This document shows positions 49,372-57,436 of a stretch of DNA of 64,000 nt, piece by piece. The notes under the pieces were generated by a model. The model worked only from the letters and a program-made list of their open reading frames with translations. It did not search any database and was not told the origin of the DNA. This DNA is from an uncultured Methylomirabilota bacterium (GTDB lineage Bacteria; Methylomirabilota; Methylomirabilia; Methylomirabilales; 2-02-FULL-66-22): the NCBI GenBank assembly GCA_963845565.1, contig CAWJSJ010000001.1, forward strand, positions 480,001 to 544,000. Direction: 5' to 3'. Every line of letters begins with the position of its first letter. The first letter of the stretch is position 1. The position numbers were made by a program, and so were the translations under genes.

Positions 49372-50844
49372 ATGGACGGAATCGCCGGTTGCTATCGCCC
49401 GGGAGACCCCAACCTGGTCCAGAAGATCTTCCTGGCCACAGGGGCGGTACAGCATCGCGGGAAGGCGAGCGCGGGATTGGCCGTCGGGGGCACGAAGGGG
49501 ATCTACCTTCACAAGGGCATCGGTGGGATTGTGGACGTGGGGGACGAGGACATCCTGCGCATCTTCCAGGATCTGGAACCCGTCGCCGCCATCGGCAGCG
49601 TCGGTTACACCAAGAACAAGATCCCCGAGAAGCGGAACGCCGAACCGATCCTGGTCGAACCCAAAGCGAGCTCGACCTATACCGTGGTTCTCGCGATGAA
49701 CGGACGTATTCTCGAGGACGACGAGTTGCGGGCCGAGCTGGAGGACGCGTACAGCTTCAACACCGTCAATGCCACCGAAGTCGTCGGGGCCTTGCTTCAC
49801 CGCTGCGTCGAAGAGGAGGGAGCGAGCTTCGCCGCGGGCCGGAAGCTGGTGGACATCCTGCACGGGTGCGGTACGTTTTCCCTCGCTGCCCTCGTGCATG
49901 ATGGCGCCGAGACCGCACTCCTCACCCTGAACGACAGCCGGGCGTTCGAGCCGTTCTGTTTCGGTATGGTGGACGGGACGTTTCTCGCCTCGTCGGAGAG
50001 CTGTTCTCACCGCCGGCTCGGCGGGTTCCCGGAGCGCGAGTACGCCGGGGCGGAGATGACCATCTGCTCGTCGCGCGGTGTGGAGACCCAACGAGTCCGG
50101 ACGGAGACGGAAATGCCGGATGTCTTCCAGGCGGTCTACTTCGGGAACGCCGGCTCCCTCTACCGAGGGGAGGAGATCTTCCGGCTTCGCATGGGGCTCG
50201 GGCACGTGCTGGCCAAGCGGTATGGCGACACCGACGCCGATGTGATCATTCCGAACCCGGAGTCCGGGCGCGGCGTCTCCCACGGCATCGCCGAAGGGCT
50301 CGGGAAGCCGTTGCTTCCTGGGCTTGCCAAGCAGTCCCAGGCCATCCGCACCTTTCAGGAGGCGGGGCGGAGCAAGCGGATGCGGGAAGTGGCGGTCAAG
50401 TTCGCCGCCATGGACTCGGTCCTCGCCGGGCGACGCATCATCATGGGGGACGATTCCATCGTCAAAGGAAGCGTGAGCGAGGGCGGTGCGGTCTGGAGCG
50501 TCTACAACGCCGGGGCGGTAACACTGGAGTTTTGGGTTTCGTACGGCCCCATGTTTTTCCCCTCCTTCAAGGAGTGGCGCCGCGGCCGGGAGTGCCTGGA
50601 CGAGTTGGCCGTGCAGCGGGCATTCCGTGGCGACAACCCGTACGACAAGACGCCGGAGGGGATCAACGCCAAGGTGGCTGCCCTGTTGGGGGTGGATCGG
50701 GTCTGTTACAATACGTTCGAGGGCGTGAGAGCGGTCATCGGTCCGGGTTCGTACCAGGCGCTCGACGCGTCCTATCCCGTCGCGGAACGGTTTTGGCCCG
50801 CCTGGCTCAAGGAGGAAGTGGAGCACTTCAGCCACTATCGCTGA
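49372..50844 (+). CDS. Amidophosphoribosyltransferase-like protein lacking the Ntn Cys
   Basis: MDGIAG start, QHRG.ASAG, P.PESG and DDSIVKG PRPP-loop; canonical purF is separate at 59674. Confidence 0.8.
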   Translation: MDGIAGCYRPGDPNLVQKIFLATGAVQHRGKASAGLAVGGTKGIYLHKGIGGIVDVGDEDILRIFQDLEPVAAIGSVGYTKNKIPEKRNAEPILVEPKASSTYTVVLAMNGRILEDDELRAELEDAYSFNTVNATEVVGALLHRCVEEEGASFAAGRKLVDILHGCGTFSLAALVHDGAETALLTLNDSRAFEPFCFGMVDGTFLASSESCSHRRLGGFPEREYAGAEMTICSSRGVETQRVRTETEMPDVFQAVYFGNAGSLYRGEEIFRLRMGLGHVLAKRYGDTDADVIIPNPESGRGVSHGIAEGLGKPLLPGLAKQSQAIRTFQEAGRSKRMREVAVKFAAMDSVLAGRRIIMGDDSIVKGSVSEGGAVWSVYNAGAVTLEFWVSYGPMFFPSFKEWRRGRECLDELAVQRAFRGDNPYDKTPEGINAKVAALLGVDRVCYNTFEGVRAVIGPGSYQALDASYPVAERFWPAWLKEEVEHFSHYR

Positions 50845-51154
50845 AGCCAAAGGGGGTTGTTTGACAAAGCGCGACGGCCGCGCATTCCCGATCCGCGTAC
50901 CGCGCAGGAGGGATTCATCACGAACTGATTACAACGCGCGATTCGGCGTTGCCATTCCGAGTCGCGTATAACAGAATGGACTTCAGCGAGCGCACCGGGG
51001 ATGTTCGTACCGAGCCGCCGTGCGCGGAAAGCGGAGCGGGAGCAGAACGTCTGCAGTGTGGAATCGCTCCCGAATCGATCATCGCGGGAATCCGCCGCCG
51101 TACTGCAGGCAACCTGCACCGGTCAACGGCGGTCCAAGACGATAGGTGTGAAGC

Positions 51155-52057
51155 GTGAGCACGCAGGCAGCTCAAATCTACCGGTTCGACGCGAGCGGAT
51201 GCAACGGGTGCGACGTGGAGGTGGTCGAGATCCTCGCCATTCTACCGGGCGCCGACCTCGGGTTCGAGATCGCCGAGCGGCCAGATGACGCGCAGGTCCT
51301 GATCGTGACGGGCGGGGCCAATCTCAAGTCCAAGGCGGAACTCCAGCATGCCTACGCGGCCTTGAAGGCGCCCCGATTGGTCGTTGCCGTGGGGTCGTGC
51401 GCGGCGAGCATGGGGATCTTCAAGGGCGGCTACTCCATGACCGGCCCGATCGATTCGATCATCCCTGTCGACCTATACATCACGGGGTGTCCGCCGCGGC
51501 CCCAGGTGATCCTCGGCGCCCTGGCGGAAGCCCTGCAGCTTTCGGTGGACGGCCTGGAGCCGCTCCTGCGAACGCCGGAGGGGTATCGGGGCGATCCCCA
51601 CGTCGATCGGGAGACCTGCGTCGGGTGCAGCGCGTGCGCGAACGTCTGCCCCGCGGATGCGATCGAGATCCTGGACGGCGAAGGCCAGCGGGTCGTCCGG
51701 TTCAGGCGAGAGGCCTGTGTCTTCTGCGGGACCTGTCAGGACGTCTGTCCGACCGAGTCGGTCACGTTGCGGGCCGGGGATCCGTCGTGGTATCGGGTCA
51801 AGGGCGCCTCGACGTCCGAGGCGGCGCTGCCGCTGGCCCAATGCGGCGTCTGCGGCGCCGCGTTCATGCCGGAGGCGCAGCTCGCGTGGGCGATGCGACG
51901 TGTCGAGGAGCGCCGCTCGCTGGACGCGGGCGATCGCGCGGCAATCCGGCGCAGCCTCCACGTCTGCATGGCATGCCGGCGAAGCCGGATCCCCGACGTC
52001 CGGGAGGCCAAGCGTCTCTTGACGTCGCTGGAGAAGAAGACCGCGATCGTATCGTAG
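51155..52057 (+). CDS. Group 4-type [NiFe]-hydrogenase small subunit (NuoB/HycG-like) fused to a NuoI/HycF-like ferredoxin
   Basis: CNGCDVE, GSCA and GCPPRP, then two CxxCxxCxxxCP motifs and a CxxC..CxxC tail. Confidence 0.88.
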   Translation: MSTQAAQIYRFDASGCNGCDVEVVEILAILPGADLGFEIAERPDDAQVLIVTGGANLKSKAELQHAYAALKAPRLVVAVGSCAASMGIFKGGYSMTGPIDSIIPVDLYITGCPPRPQVILGALAEALQLSVDGLEPLLRTPEGYRGDPHVDRETCVGCSACANVCPADAIEILDGEGQRVVRFRREACVFCGTCQDVCPTESVTLRAGDPSWYRVKGASTSEAALPLAQCGVCGAAFMPEAQLAWAMRRVEERRSLDAGDRAAIRRSLHVCMACRRSRIPDVREAKRLLTSLEKKTAIVS

Positions 52058-52131
52058 GCGATGGCCCCGGAGCATCCGGCCCCGCGCGAGCCCGCGGGAC
52101 GGGTCGGGCGCCCGGTTCGGGAGAGCGAATC

Positions 52132-52620
52132 GTGGAGTTGGGTGCAGCCAAGAATCGGGTGATCGTGTATGACGCGGGCCTGTGCACCGGGTGCCGCTAT
52201 TGCGAGATTGCCTGCGCGGTGTGGCACTGCGGTCGGATCGACGTCGGCCAATCGAGGATCCGCATCCTGTTCAACGCCGAGAACCGCACAGAGCCGTATG
52301 CGGCGGTGAACTGCCAGCACTGCGAGGAGCCGCTCTGCGCGACCGTCTGCCCGTCCGAGGCCATGCACAAGGATCGCGAGACCGGATGGGTGACCGTGAA
52401 CGCCTCGACCTGCATCGGCTGCGAGATGTGCCGGGCGGCCTGTCCGCTGGCCGTGCCCGTCTTCGACGAAGCCCAGAAGGTGGCGGTGAAGTGCGATCTG
52501 TGCCACGGGGAGCCGGAGTGCGTGAAGCACTGCTCGTCGCGGGCGTTGTGGCTCGCGCCCCGGGAGGAGGCCCTCCGCGTGAACGAACGGTTTTACCTCG
52601 GTGCAGGGGGCAATCCATGA
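52132..52620 (+). CDS. Multi-[4Fe-4S] electron transfer subunit (HycB/HydN/CooF-like)
   Basis: CTGCRYCEIAC, CQHCEEPLC..VCP, CIGCEMC..ACP and KCDLC..P.CV..C. Confidence 0.88.
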   Translation: MELGAAKNRVIVYDAGLCTGCRYCEIACAVWHCGRIDVGQSRIRILFNAENRTEPYAAVNCQHCEEPLCATVCPSEAMHKDRETGWVTVNASTCIGCEMCRAACPLAVPVFDEAQKVAVKCDLCHGEPECVKHCSSRALWLAPREEALRVNERFYLGAGGNP

Positions 52621-53282
52621 GCGCGGATACGGTACGGCGGCTCTTGGAGCGGCGAATCTCGGGGGCGCGGTTCACCTGCGCCGATTCGGGCGTGCGGCGG
52701 ACGGGCGTCACGCTACAGGCGGGGGAGGTCCGGGATGCCGTCCAGACGCTCTGCGCGGAGCCGGGGGCGCGATTCATGACCCTCACGGCCGTCGACCGGG
52801 GGACGGATATCGACCTCTTGTATCATATCTCCCTGCGGAGCGGCGTGGTCACCCTCCGGGTCGTGATCGCGAAGGAGACGAGCGCGATCGAGAGTATCGC
52901 GGACCTCGTTCCCGCGGCGGAGCTGGTGGAGAAAGAGGTGGCGGAGCTGTTCGGAGTGGGATTTGCAGGCCATCCGCGCGCCGCGAACCTCCTGCTGCCT
53001 GCCGACTGGCCCGTCGGCAAGCGGCCGCTGCGCAAGCCCCTCGTCGGTTCGGTTATTGCGCAGGCTCGCATCACCGCCGAGAACCTGGTGGCGAGCGGCT
53101 CCTCGATCGGCGTGGCGCGCTCCTCGATGGCCCGGCGCGAGAAGGCGGGACTGCCCAAGGTTCCGCCCTTGGTGGCGGCCGACCCGGATCGCTTGCGAGA
53201 ATTCCAGGAGTTCGTGAAGCGGACCGGCTTCGGCGAGCGGGCGGGGTTCGACTGGGCGAAGGGAAAACTCCGGTACAAGTAG
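52617..53282 (+). CDS. NuoC-like subunit with an HdrC-like C-terminal extension
   Basis: SI..L.P.A...EKEV.ELFGV.F.GHP..LLLP.DWP..PLRK NuoC motif; tail REKAGLPKVPP..FVKRTGF..GFDW. Confidence 0.75.
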   Translation: MSADTVRRLLERRISGARFTCADSGVRRTGVTLQAGEVRDAVQTLCAEPGARFMTLTAVDRGTDIDLLYHISLRSGVVTLRVVIAKETSAIESIADLVPAAELVEKEVAELFGVGFAGHPRAANLLLPADWPVGKRPLRKPLVGSVIAQARITAENLVASGSSIGVARSSMARREKAGLPKVPPLVAADPDRLREFQEFVKRTGFGERAGFDWAKGKLRYK

Positions 53283-53298
53283 AGCTGCGGGGCAGGTG

Positions 53299-54174
53299 AT
53301 GAGGCGACAGGCGCTCTTCCTCGGCTGTGTACTGCCGCTCCGGTTCCCGGGCATCGAGCTGGCCGCCCGACGGGTGTTCGGCCAACTCGGGGTGCCGTGC
53401 GTGGACCTCGAAGGCTATTCATGCTGCCCCGAGCCGGTCGTCCTCGGCTTGGCCGACCCCGACATGGCCCTCGCCGTCTCGGCGCGGAACCTGGCACTGG
53501 CCGAGCGGGCGGACGCGGACCTGACGGTGATGTGCAACGGCTGCTACGAGACGCTGGCCGAGGCGGATGCCGCGCTCCGGCACGACGGCGGGGCGCACGC
53601 GCGGGTCGCGCAGCTCTTGGATGGGATCGGGACCCGTTACGAGGGAGGGGTCCGGATCAAGCACTTCGTCGAGCTCCTGCACGAGGACGTGGGGGTCGCC
53701 CGCATCGCGGAGCAGGTGACGACCCCGGTCGACGTGACGGTCGCCGTGCACTACGGGTGCCACCTCTTCCGCGAGGTCGAGCACGAGGACACCCGGCGGA
53801 AGCCCCGGATGCTGCGGGCCCTGATCGAGGCCGCGGGGGCGCGGGTGGTCGACTACGGCTTGGAAGATCTTTGCTGCGGCTTCCCGATCTCGCAGTTCGA
53901 CAAGCGCATGGCCATGCAGGAGCGCCTCCTCCCGAAGCTCCGCGCGCTGGGCGCGACGGGCGCGGAGGCGATTCTGTTCTGCTGCCCGGCCTGCCTCAAC
54001 CAGTTCGAGAGCGGGCAGGGCCCGGCGGGCGACCTGGCGGCCGACGTCCCCCGGTATCCGTGCGTGCACATCCTGGAGCTCTTGGCGCTGGCCTTCGGGA
54101 TGCGGCCGGCGGAGCTGCACCTCGACGCGCGCTTCGCGCCGTCCAGGGAATTCGTGGACTGTTTCTGGGGGTGA
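53299..54174 (+). CDS. hdrB: Heterodisulfide reductase subunit B-like protein
   Basis: Two CCG domains: GC..SCCPEP..CNGC and HYGCH..CCG..CPAC..QF. Confidence 0.88.
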   Translation: MRRQALFLGCVLPLRFPGIELAARRVFGQLGVPCVDLEGYSCCPEPVVLGLADPDMALAVSARNLALAERADADLTVMCNGCYETLAEADAALRHDGGAHARVAQLLDGIGTRYEGGVRIKHFVELLHEDVGVARIAEQVTTPVDVTVAVHYGCHLFREVEHEDTRRKPRMLRALIEAAGARVVDYGLEDLCCGFPISQFDKRMAMQERLLPKLRALGATGAEAILFCCPACLNQFESGQGPAGDLAADVPRYPCVHILELLALAFGMRPAELHLDARFAPSREFVDCFWG

Positions 54175-54212
54175 GCCGCGACGCGGCGCTCCTTTCGTTT
54201 CGGATGACGGAC

Positions 54213-55298
54213 ATGACCACAACCATCACGATCGGCCCCTACCACCCGTACCTGCTCGAGCCCAGCATTGTCGACCTGCAGGTTGTCGACGGGCGCGTGG
54301 CGGACGCCACCATCACGGTGGGGTTCGTCAACCGGGCGGTCGAAGAACTGATGACGAAGAAAACCTACCGCCAGGCCGTGGTGCTGGCGGAGCACGTCTG
54401 CGGCATCTGCAGTAACGTCCACAGCCTGGCCTTCTGTCAGGCGACCGAAGAGATCCTGGGGGTCGAGATTCCGCACCGGGCCCGGTACGTTCGGACGATC
54501 GTCGTGGAGCTGGAGCGGCTGCACAGCCATTTCCTCTGCCTGGGACTCCTGGCCCACGCCCTCCATGACGGGGAGCATTTCGTCCGTATCATGGCGGAGC
54601 GGGAGGCGCTGATCCGCCTGCTCGAGCGCGTCAGCGGGAACCGGGTCCATTACGGTGTGAACGCCATCGGCGGCGTCCGGCGGGACCTGACGCCGGAACG
54701 GGCGAGCGATATCCTGGAGGTCCTGGGGCGGCTGGAATCGCTGGGCCATTTCGTGGTGGACGCCCTGGGCCCGGACGGGGCGCTGGGGAAGCGGGTCGCA
54801 GGGCAGGGGATCGTGACGGGACCCGAGGCCATCGCCCTCGGCGCGGTAGGGCCCACGCTGCGCGCCAGCGGGATCGAGAGCGACCTGCGGAAGGAGGACA
54901 GGTACGCGGCCTATCCGGACGTGACCTTCGATCTGATCGTCGAGACGGCCGGGGACGTCCGGTCCCGATTCCTGGTCCGGGCCCGGGAAACCCTGGAAAG
55001 CATCAAGATCATCCGGCAACTCTTCGACCGCCTGCCCGACGGACCGCTGACGGGCCAGGTGCGAGAGCCCAATATCAAGGAATCGCGAGAAGTCCTGGGG
55101 CGAGTCGAAGCACCACGCGGAGAGCTGGTCTATTTCATCCGCTCCAACGGCACGACCATTCCCGATCGGGTCAAGATCCGCACACCCACCTTCGCCAACA
55201 TCGCCTTCCTCCGCCGGGCGCTCACTGGAGCGCCGGTCGACGACACGCGGACCATCATCGAGAGCATCGATCCGTGCCTCTCCTGCACGGACCGGTAG
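54213..55298 (+). CDS. Group 4-type [NiFe]-hydrogenase large subunit
   Basis: GPYHP.L.EP, L1 EHVCGICS..H, ELERLHSH, EAPRGE, L2 DPCLSCTDR-stop. Confidence 0.92.
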   Translation: MTTTITIGPYHPYLLEPSIVDLQVVDGRVADATITVGFVNRAVEELMTKKTYRQAVVLAEHVCGICSNVHSLAFCQATEEILGVEIPHRARYVRTIVVELERLHSHFLCLGLLAHALHDGEHFVRIMAEREALIRLLERVSGNRVHYGVNAIGGVRRDLTPERASDILEVLGRLESLGHFVVDALGPDGALGKRVAGQGIVTGPEAIALGAVGPTLRASGIESDLRKEDRYAAYPDVTFDLIVETAGDVRSRFLVRARETLESIKIIRQLFDRLPDGPLTGQVREPNIKESREVLGRVEAPRGELVYFIRSNGTTIPDRVKIRTPTFANIAFLRRALTGAPVDDTRTIIESIDPCLSCTDR

Positions 55299-55441
55299 CA
55301 GGCTGCTGAAAACGGCCCATCTGCTGCGTTGGCTCGCTGAGGCACTCGTTGCGGCGTACCCACAGTACGCCACTCGGCCTCGGGCACCCATCCACAGGAT
55401 GGGTCGCGCCGCCTTGCATCTGGACCTTTTTGATCAGCCTG
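55299..55441. mobile_element. Miniature inverted-repeat element (MITE/REP-like)
   Basis: Terminal IR CAGGCTGCTGAAAA / TTTTTGATCAGCCTG; internal hairpins GCGTAC..GTACGC and ACCCATCC..GGATGGGT; no ORF. Confidence 0.65.
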
Positions 55442-55468
55442 GGCGAATATAGGAATTTCAGCAGCCAG

Positions 55469-56965
55469 TCAGTCGGGGAGGGGGCAGCCCTCACACCGCT
55501 CCGCCTTGGGCCGAGGCGCGATGGGTCGCCGCGGCTCGGCGGGTGTCTCCGCTTTCCGGACCGGATGGATGTGCACCGGCATCCCCGCGGCGACCTCGGC
55601 GGCTTCCATGAGGGCCTCGGAGAGGGTCGGGTGAGCGTGGATGGTGACCATGAGGTCTTCCAGGGTCGCCCCCAACTGCACCGCCAGGGTGCCCTCGGCG
55701 ATCAGTTCAGAGGCGTGCGGGCCCACCATCCCAACTCCCAGGACCCGCCGGGACTCCGGACAGCTGATCACCTTGACCACGCCCTCGGTGCGCCCCATGG
55801 TCCGCGCCCGGCCCGAGGCCACGAGGGGGAAGCGGCCCACAGTGACCGGCAGGTTCTGCGCGGCCGCCTCCCGCTCGGTCAGGCCGGCCCAGGCCAGCTC
55901 GGGGTCGGTGAACACCACGGCCGGGATGGCCCGAGCCTCGAGCGCCGAGGAGTGACCTGCGATCGCTTCGGCGGCAACCTTGCCCTCGTGGCTGGCCTTG
56001 TGCGCCAGCATGGGGCCGGGGACGATGTCGCCGATGGCGTAGATGTGCGGTTCCACCGTCCGGCCCACCTCGTCCACCTCGATGAATCCGCCCCGGATGG
56101 GGCGGATGGCCGTCCGGTCCAGGCCCAGCCGATCGGTATTGGGGCGGCGCCCGACGGCGACCAGGATCTGGTCGGTTTCGAGCGTCTGCCGCTGCCCCTG
56201 CTGTTCCACGGTGGTCAAATAGCCGCTCGATCCCTGCTGGATGTCGACGACCTTGGACTCGGTCAGGATGCGCGAGAACCGTCTCTCGCAGCTCTTGACC
56301 ACCACGTCCACCAGGTCCTGGTCGGCCCCCGGGAGGAGCCGCGGGAAAAACTCGACCATCGTCACCTGCGAGCCCAGTCCGGCATAGACCAACCCCATCT
56401 CAAGGCCGATGTAGCCCCCTCCGACGACGAGCAGCCGGGGCGGGATCTCGGGGAGGCGCAGCGCCTCTGCCGAGGACCAGAGCGGGAGCGTCTGGCCCGC
56501 CGGCAGCCGGTTGATGTCCGATCCGGTGGCGAGGATGCAATGGCGGAAGCGGATCCGCGCGGATTCTGCTCCGCTCACTTCGAGGGTGCGATTGTCCAGG
56601 AATTGCGCCCAGCCGCGGACGACCGTCACGCCGCGCCGCTTGAGGAGCCCGTCGATCCCCTTGGTCAAGGTCTCGACCACGCTCCCGCTCCAGCGGCGCA
56701 ACGCCGCCGGATCCAGGGAGAGGTCCGAGAACGTGAGGCCCATCTTGCGCGCGGCGCGAGCGCTTTCCGCCAGCTCCACGACGTTGATGAGGGTCTTGGA
56801 TGGAATGCATCCTTCGATCAGGCACACACCGCCGAGTCGATCCCGCTCTTCGATGAGGACGACGTTCTTGCCGAGATCGGCGGCGCGGATGGCCGCAACG
56901 TATCCTCCGGGTCCGCCGCCGACGATGGCGACCTCTGTTTCCTCGCGCAGGTTGCCCAGGACCAT
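55469..56965 (-). CDS. lpdA: Dihydrolipoamide dehydrogenase
   Basis: GGGPGGY, GGVCLIEGCIPSK, GGGYIG and HAHPTLSE motifs. Confidence 0.95.
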   Translation of the reverse strand: MVLGNLREETEVAIVGGGPGGYVAAIRAADLGKNVVLIEERDRLGGVCLIEGCIPSKTLINVVELAESARAARKMGLTFSDLSLDPAALRRWSGSVVETLTKGIDGLLKRRGVTVVRGWAQFLDNRTLEVSGAESARIRFRHCILATGSDINRLPAGQTLPLWSSAEALRLPEIPPRLLVVGGGYIGLEMGLVYAGLGSQVTMVEFFPRLLPGADQDLVDVVVKSCERRFSRILTESKVVDIQQGSSGYLTTVEQQGQRQTLETDQILVAVGRRPNTDRLGLDRTAIRPIRGGFIEVDEVGRTVEPHIYAIGDIVPGPMLAHKASHEGKVAAEAIAGHSSALEARAIPAVVFTDPELAWAGLTEREAAAQNLPVTVGRFPLVASGRARTMGRTEGVVKVISCPESRRVLGVGMVGPHASELIAEGTLAVQLGATLEDLMVTIHAHPTLSEALMEAAEVAAGMPVHIHPVRKAETPAEPRRPIAPRPKAERCEGCPLPD

Positions 56966-57075
56966 GTCACGAACCTCCCATTTTGACGTTCGCCAGAGCG
57001 CTGGAACGACATTCCTGTTGGATGGTCGCCCGCACGAGGCCATCGCGGGTCCTGCGAAAGACCCCGGTGAATTTC

Positions 57076-57104
57076 ACGGTAGCCCAGTGGACCGGGGGTG
57101 TCAA
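57076..57104 (-). promoter_or_regulatory. Sigma70-type promoter for lpdA
   Basis: Minus strand TTGACA-17 nt-TACCGT. Confidence 0.55.
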
Positions 57105-57142
57105 GCGAAGAGCCGATCGTCAATTCGTGTCCGAGGAAGCCG

Positions 57143-57171
57143 TTGACACCCCCAGGCTCCTCTGATAGCCT
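57143..57171 (+). promoter_or_regulatory. Sigma70-type promoter upstream of the lipA leader
   Basis: TTGACA-17 nt-TAGCCT with extended -10 TG. Confidence 0.6.
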
Positions 57172-57176
57172 CCCCA

Positions 57177-57307
57177 CCGAGGGGTGGAACTGCGCGAGAT
57201 CGCCTGCAGTTGCCGGTGGTAAGATCCGCGTGCGAGAGAGGTTGCCGGCCCGCTTTTGATATTCTCTGTCCGCGGTTGGTCGTCTCTGAGCCCCCCTCGG
57301 GGGGCTT
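57177..57307 (+). ncRNA. Candidate structured leader or sRNA upstream of lipA
   Basis: Starts at the predicted TSS; CCGAGGGG/CCCCTCGG closing helix, two internal stems and an alternative 3' hairpin. Confidence 0.4.
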
Positions 57308-57436
57308 CATGCTTCTCGGTGGGACGCGGGAGCGTTGGCGGAAAAGAACGGGCGAGGAGAAAGAACCTGACGGGTTGCGGTAAGGGCGTCACCAACCGCG
57401 ATGCGCGAGTCATCGGACGAGAAGGAATCGGGGCAC

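Noticed and set aside
49372..50844. Calling this gene purF
   Set aside because: It lacks the catalytic Cys, and a canonical purF is at 59674-61068
53397..54212. Long N-terminal extensions in the ORF track (hydrogenase large subunit; also 2482, 3803, 8825, 32423, 51397 and 52182 starts)
   Set aside because: They overlap upstream genes in another frame; downstream starts match the family N-termini
51155..55298. Annotation as complex I (nuoBCDI)
   Set aside because: The large subunit keeps both CxxC Ni-binding motifs, and nuoA, nuoH and nuoJ-N are absent
57177..57307. SAM-I, glycine, cobalamin or TPP riboswitch, or SRP RNA
   Set aside because: Their conserved core sequences were not found by eye
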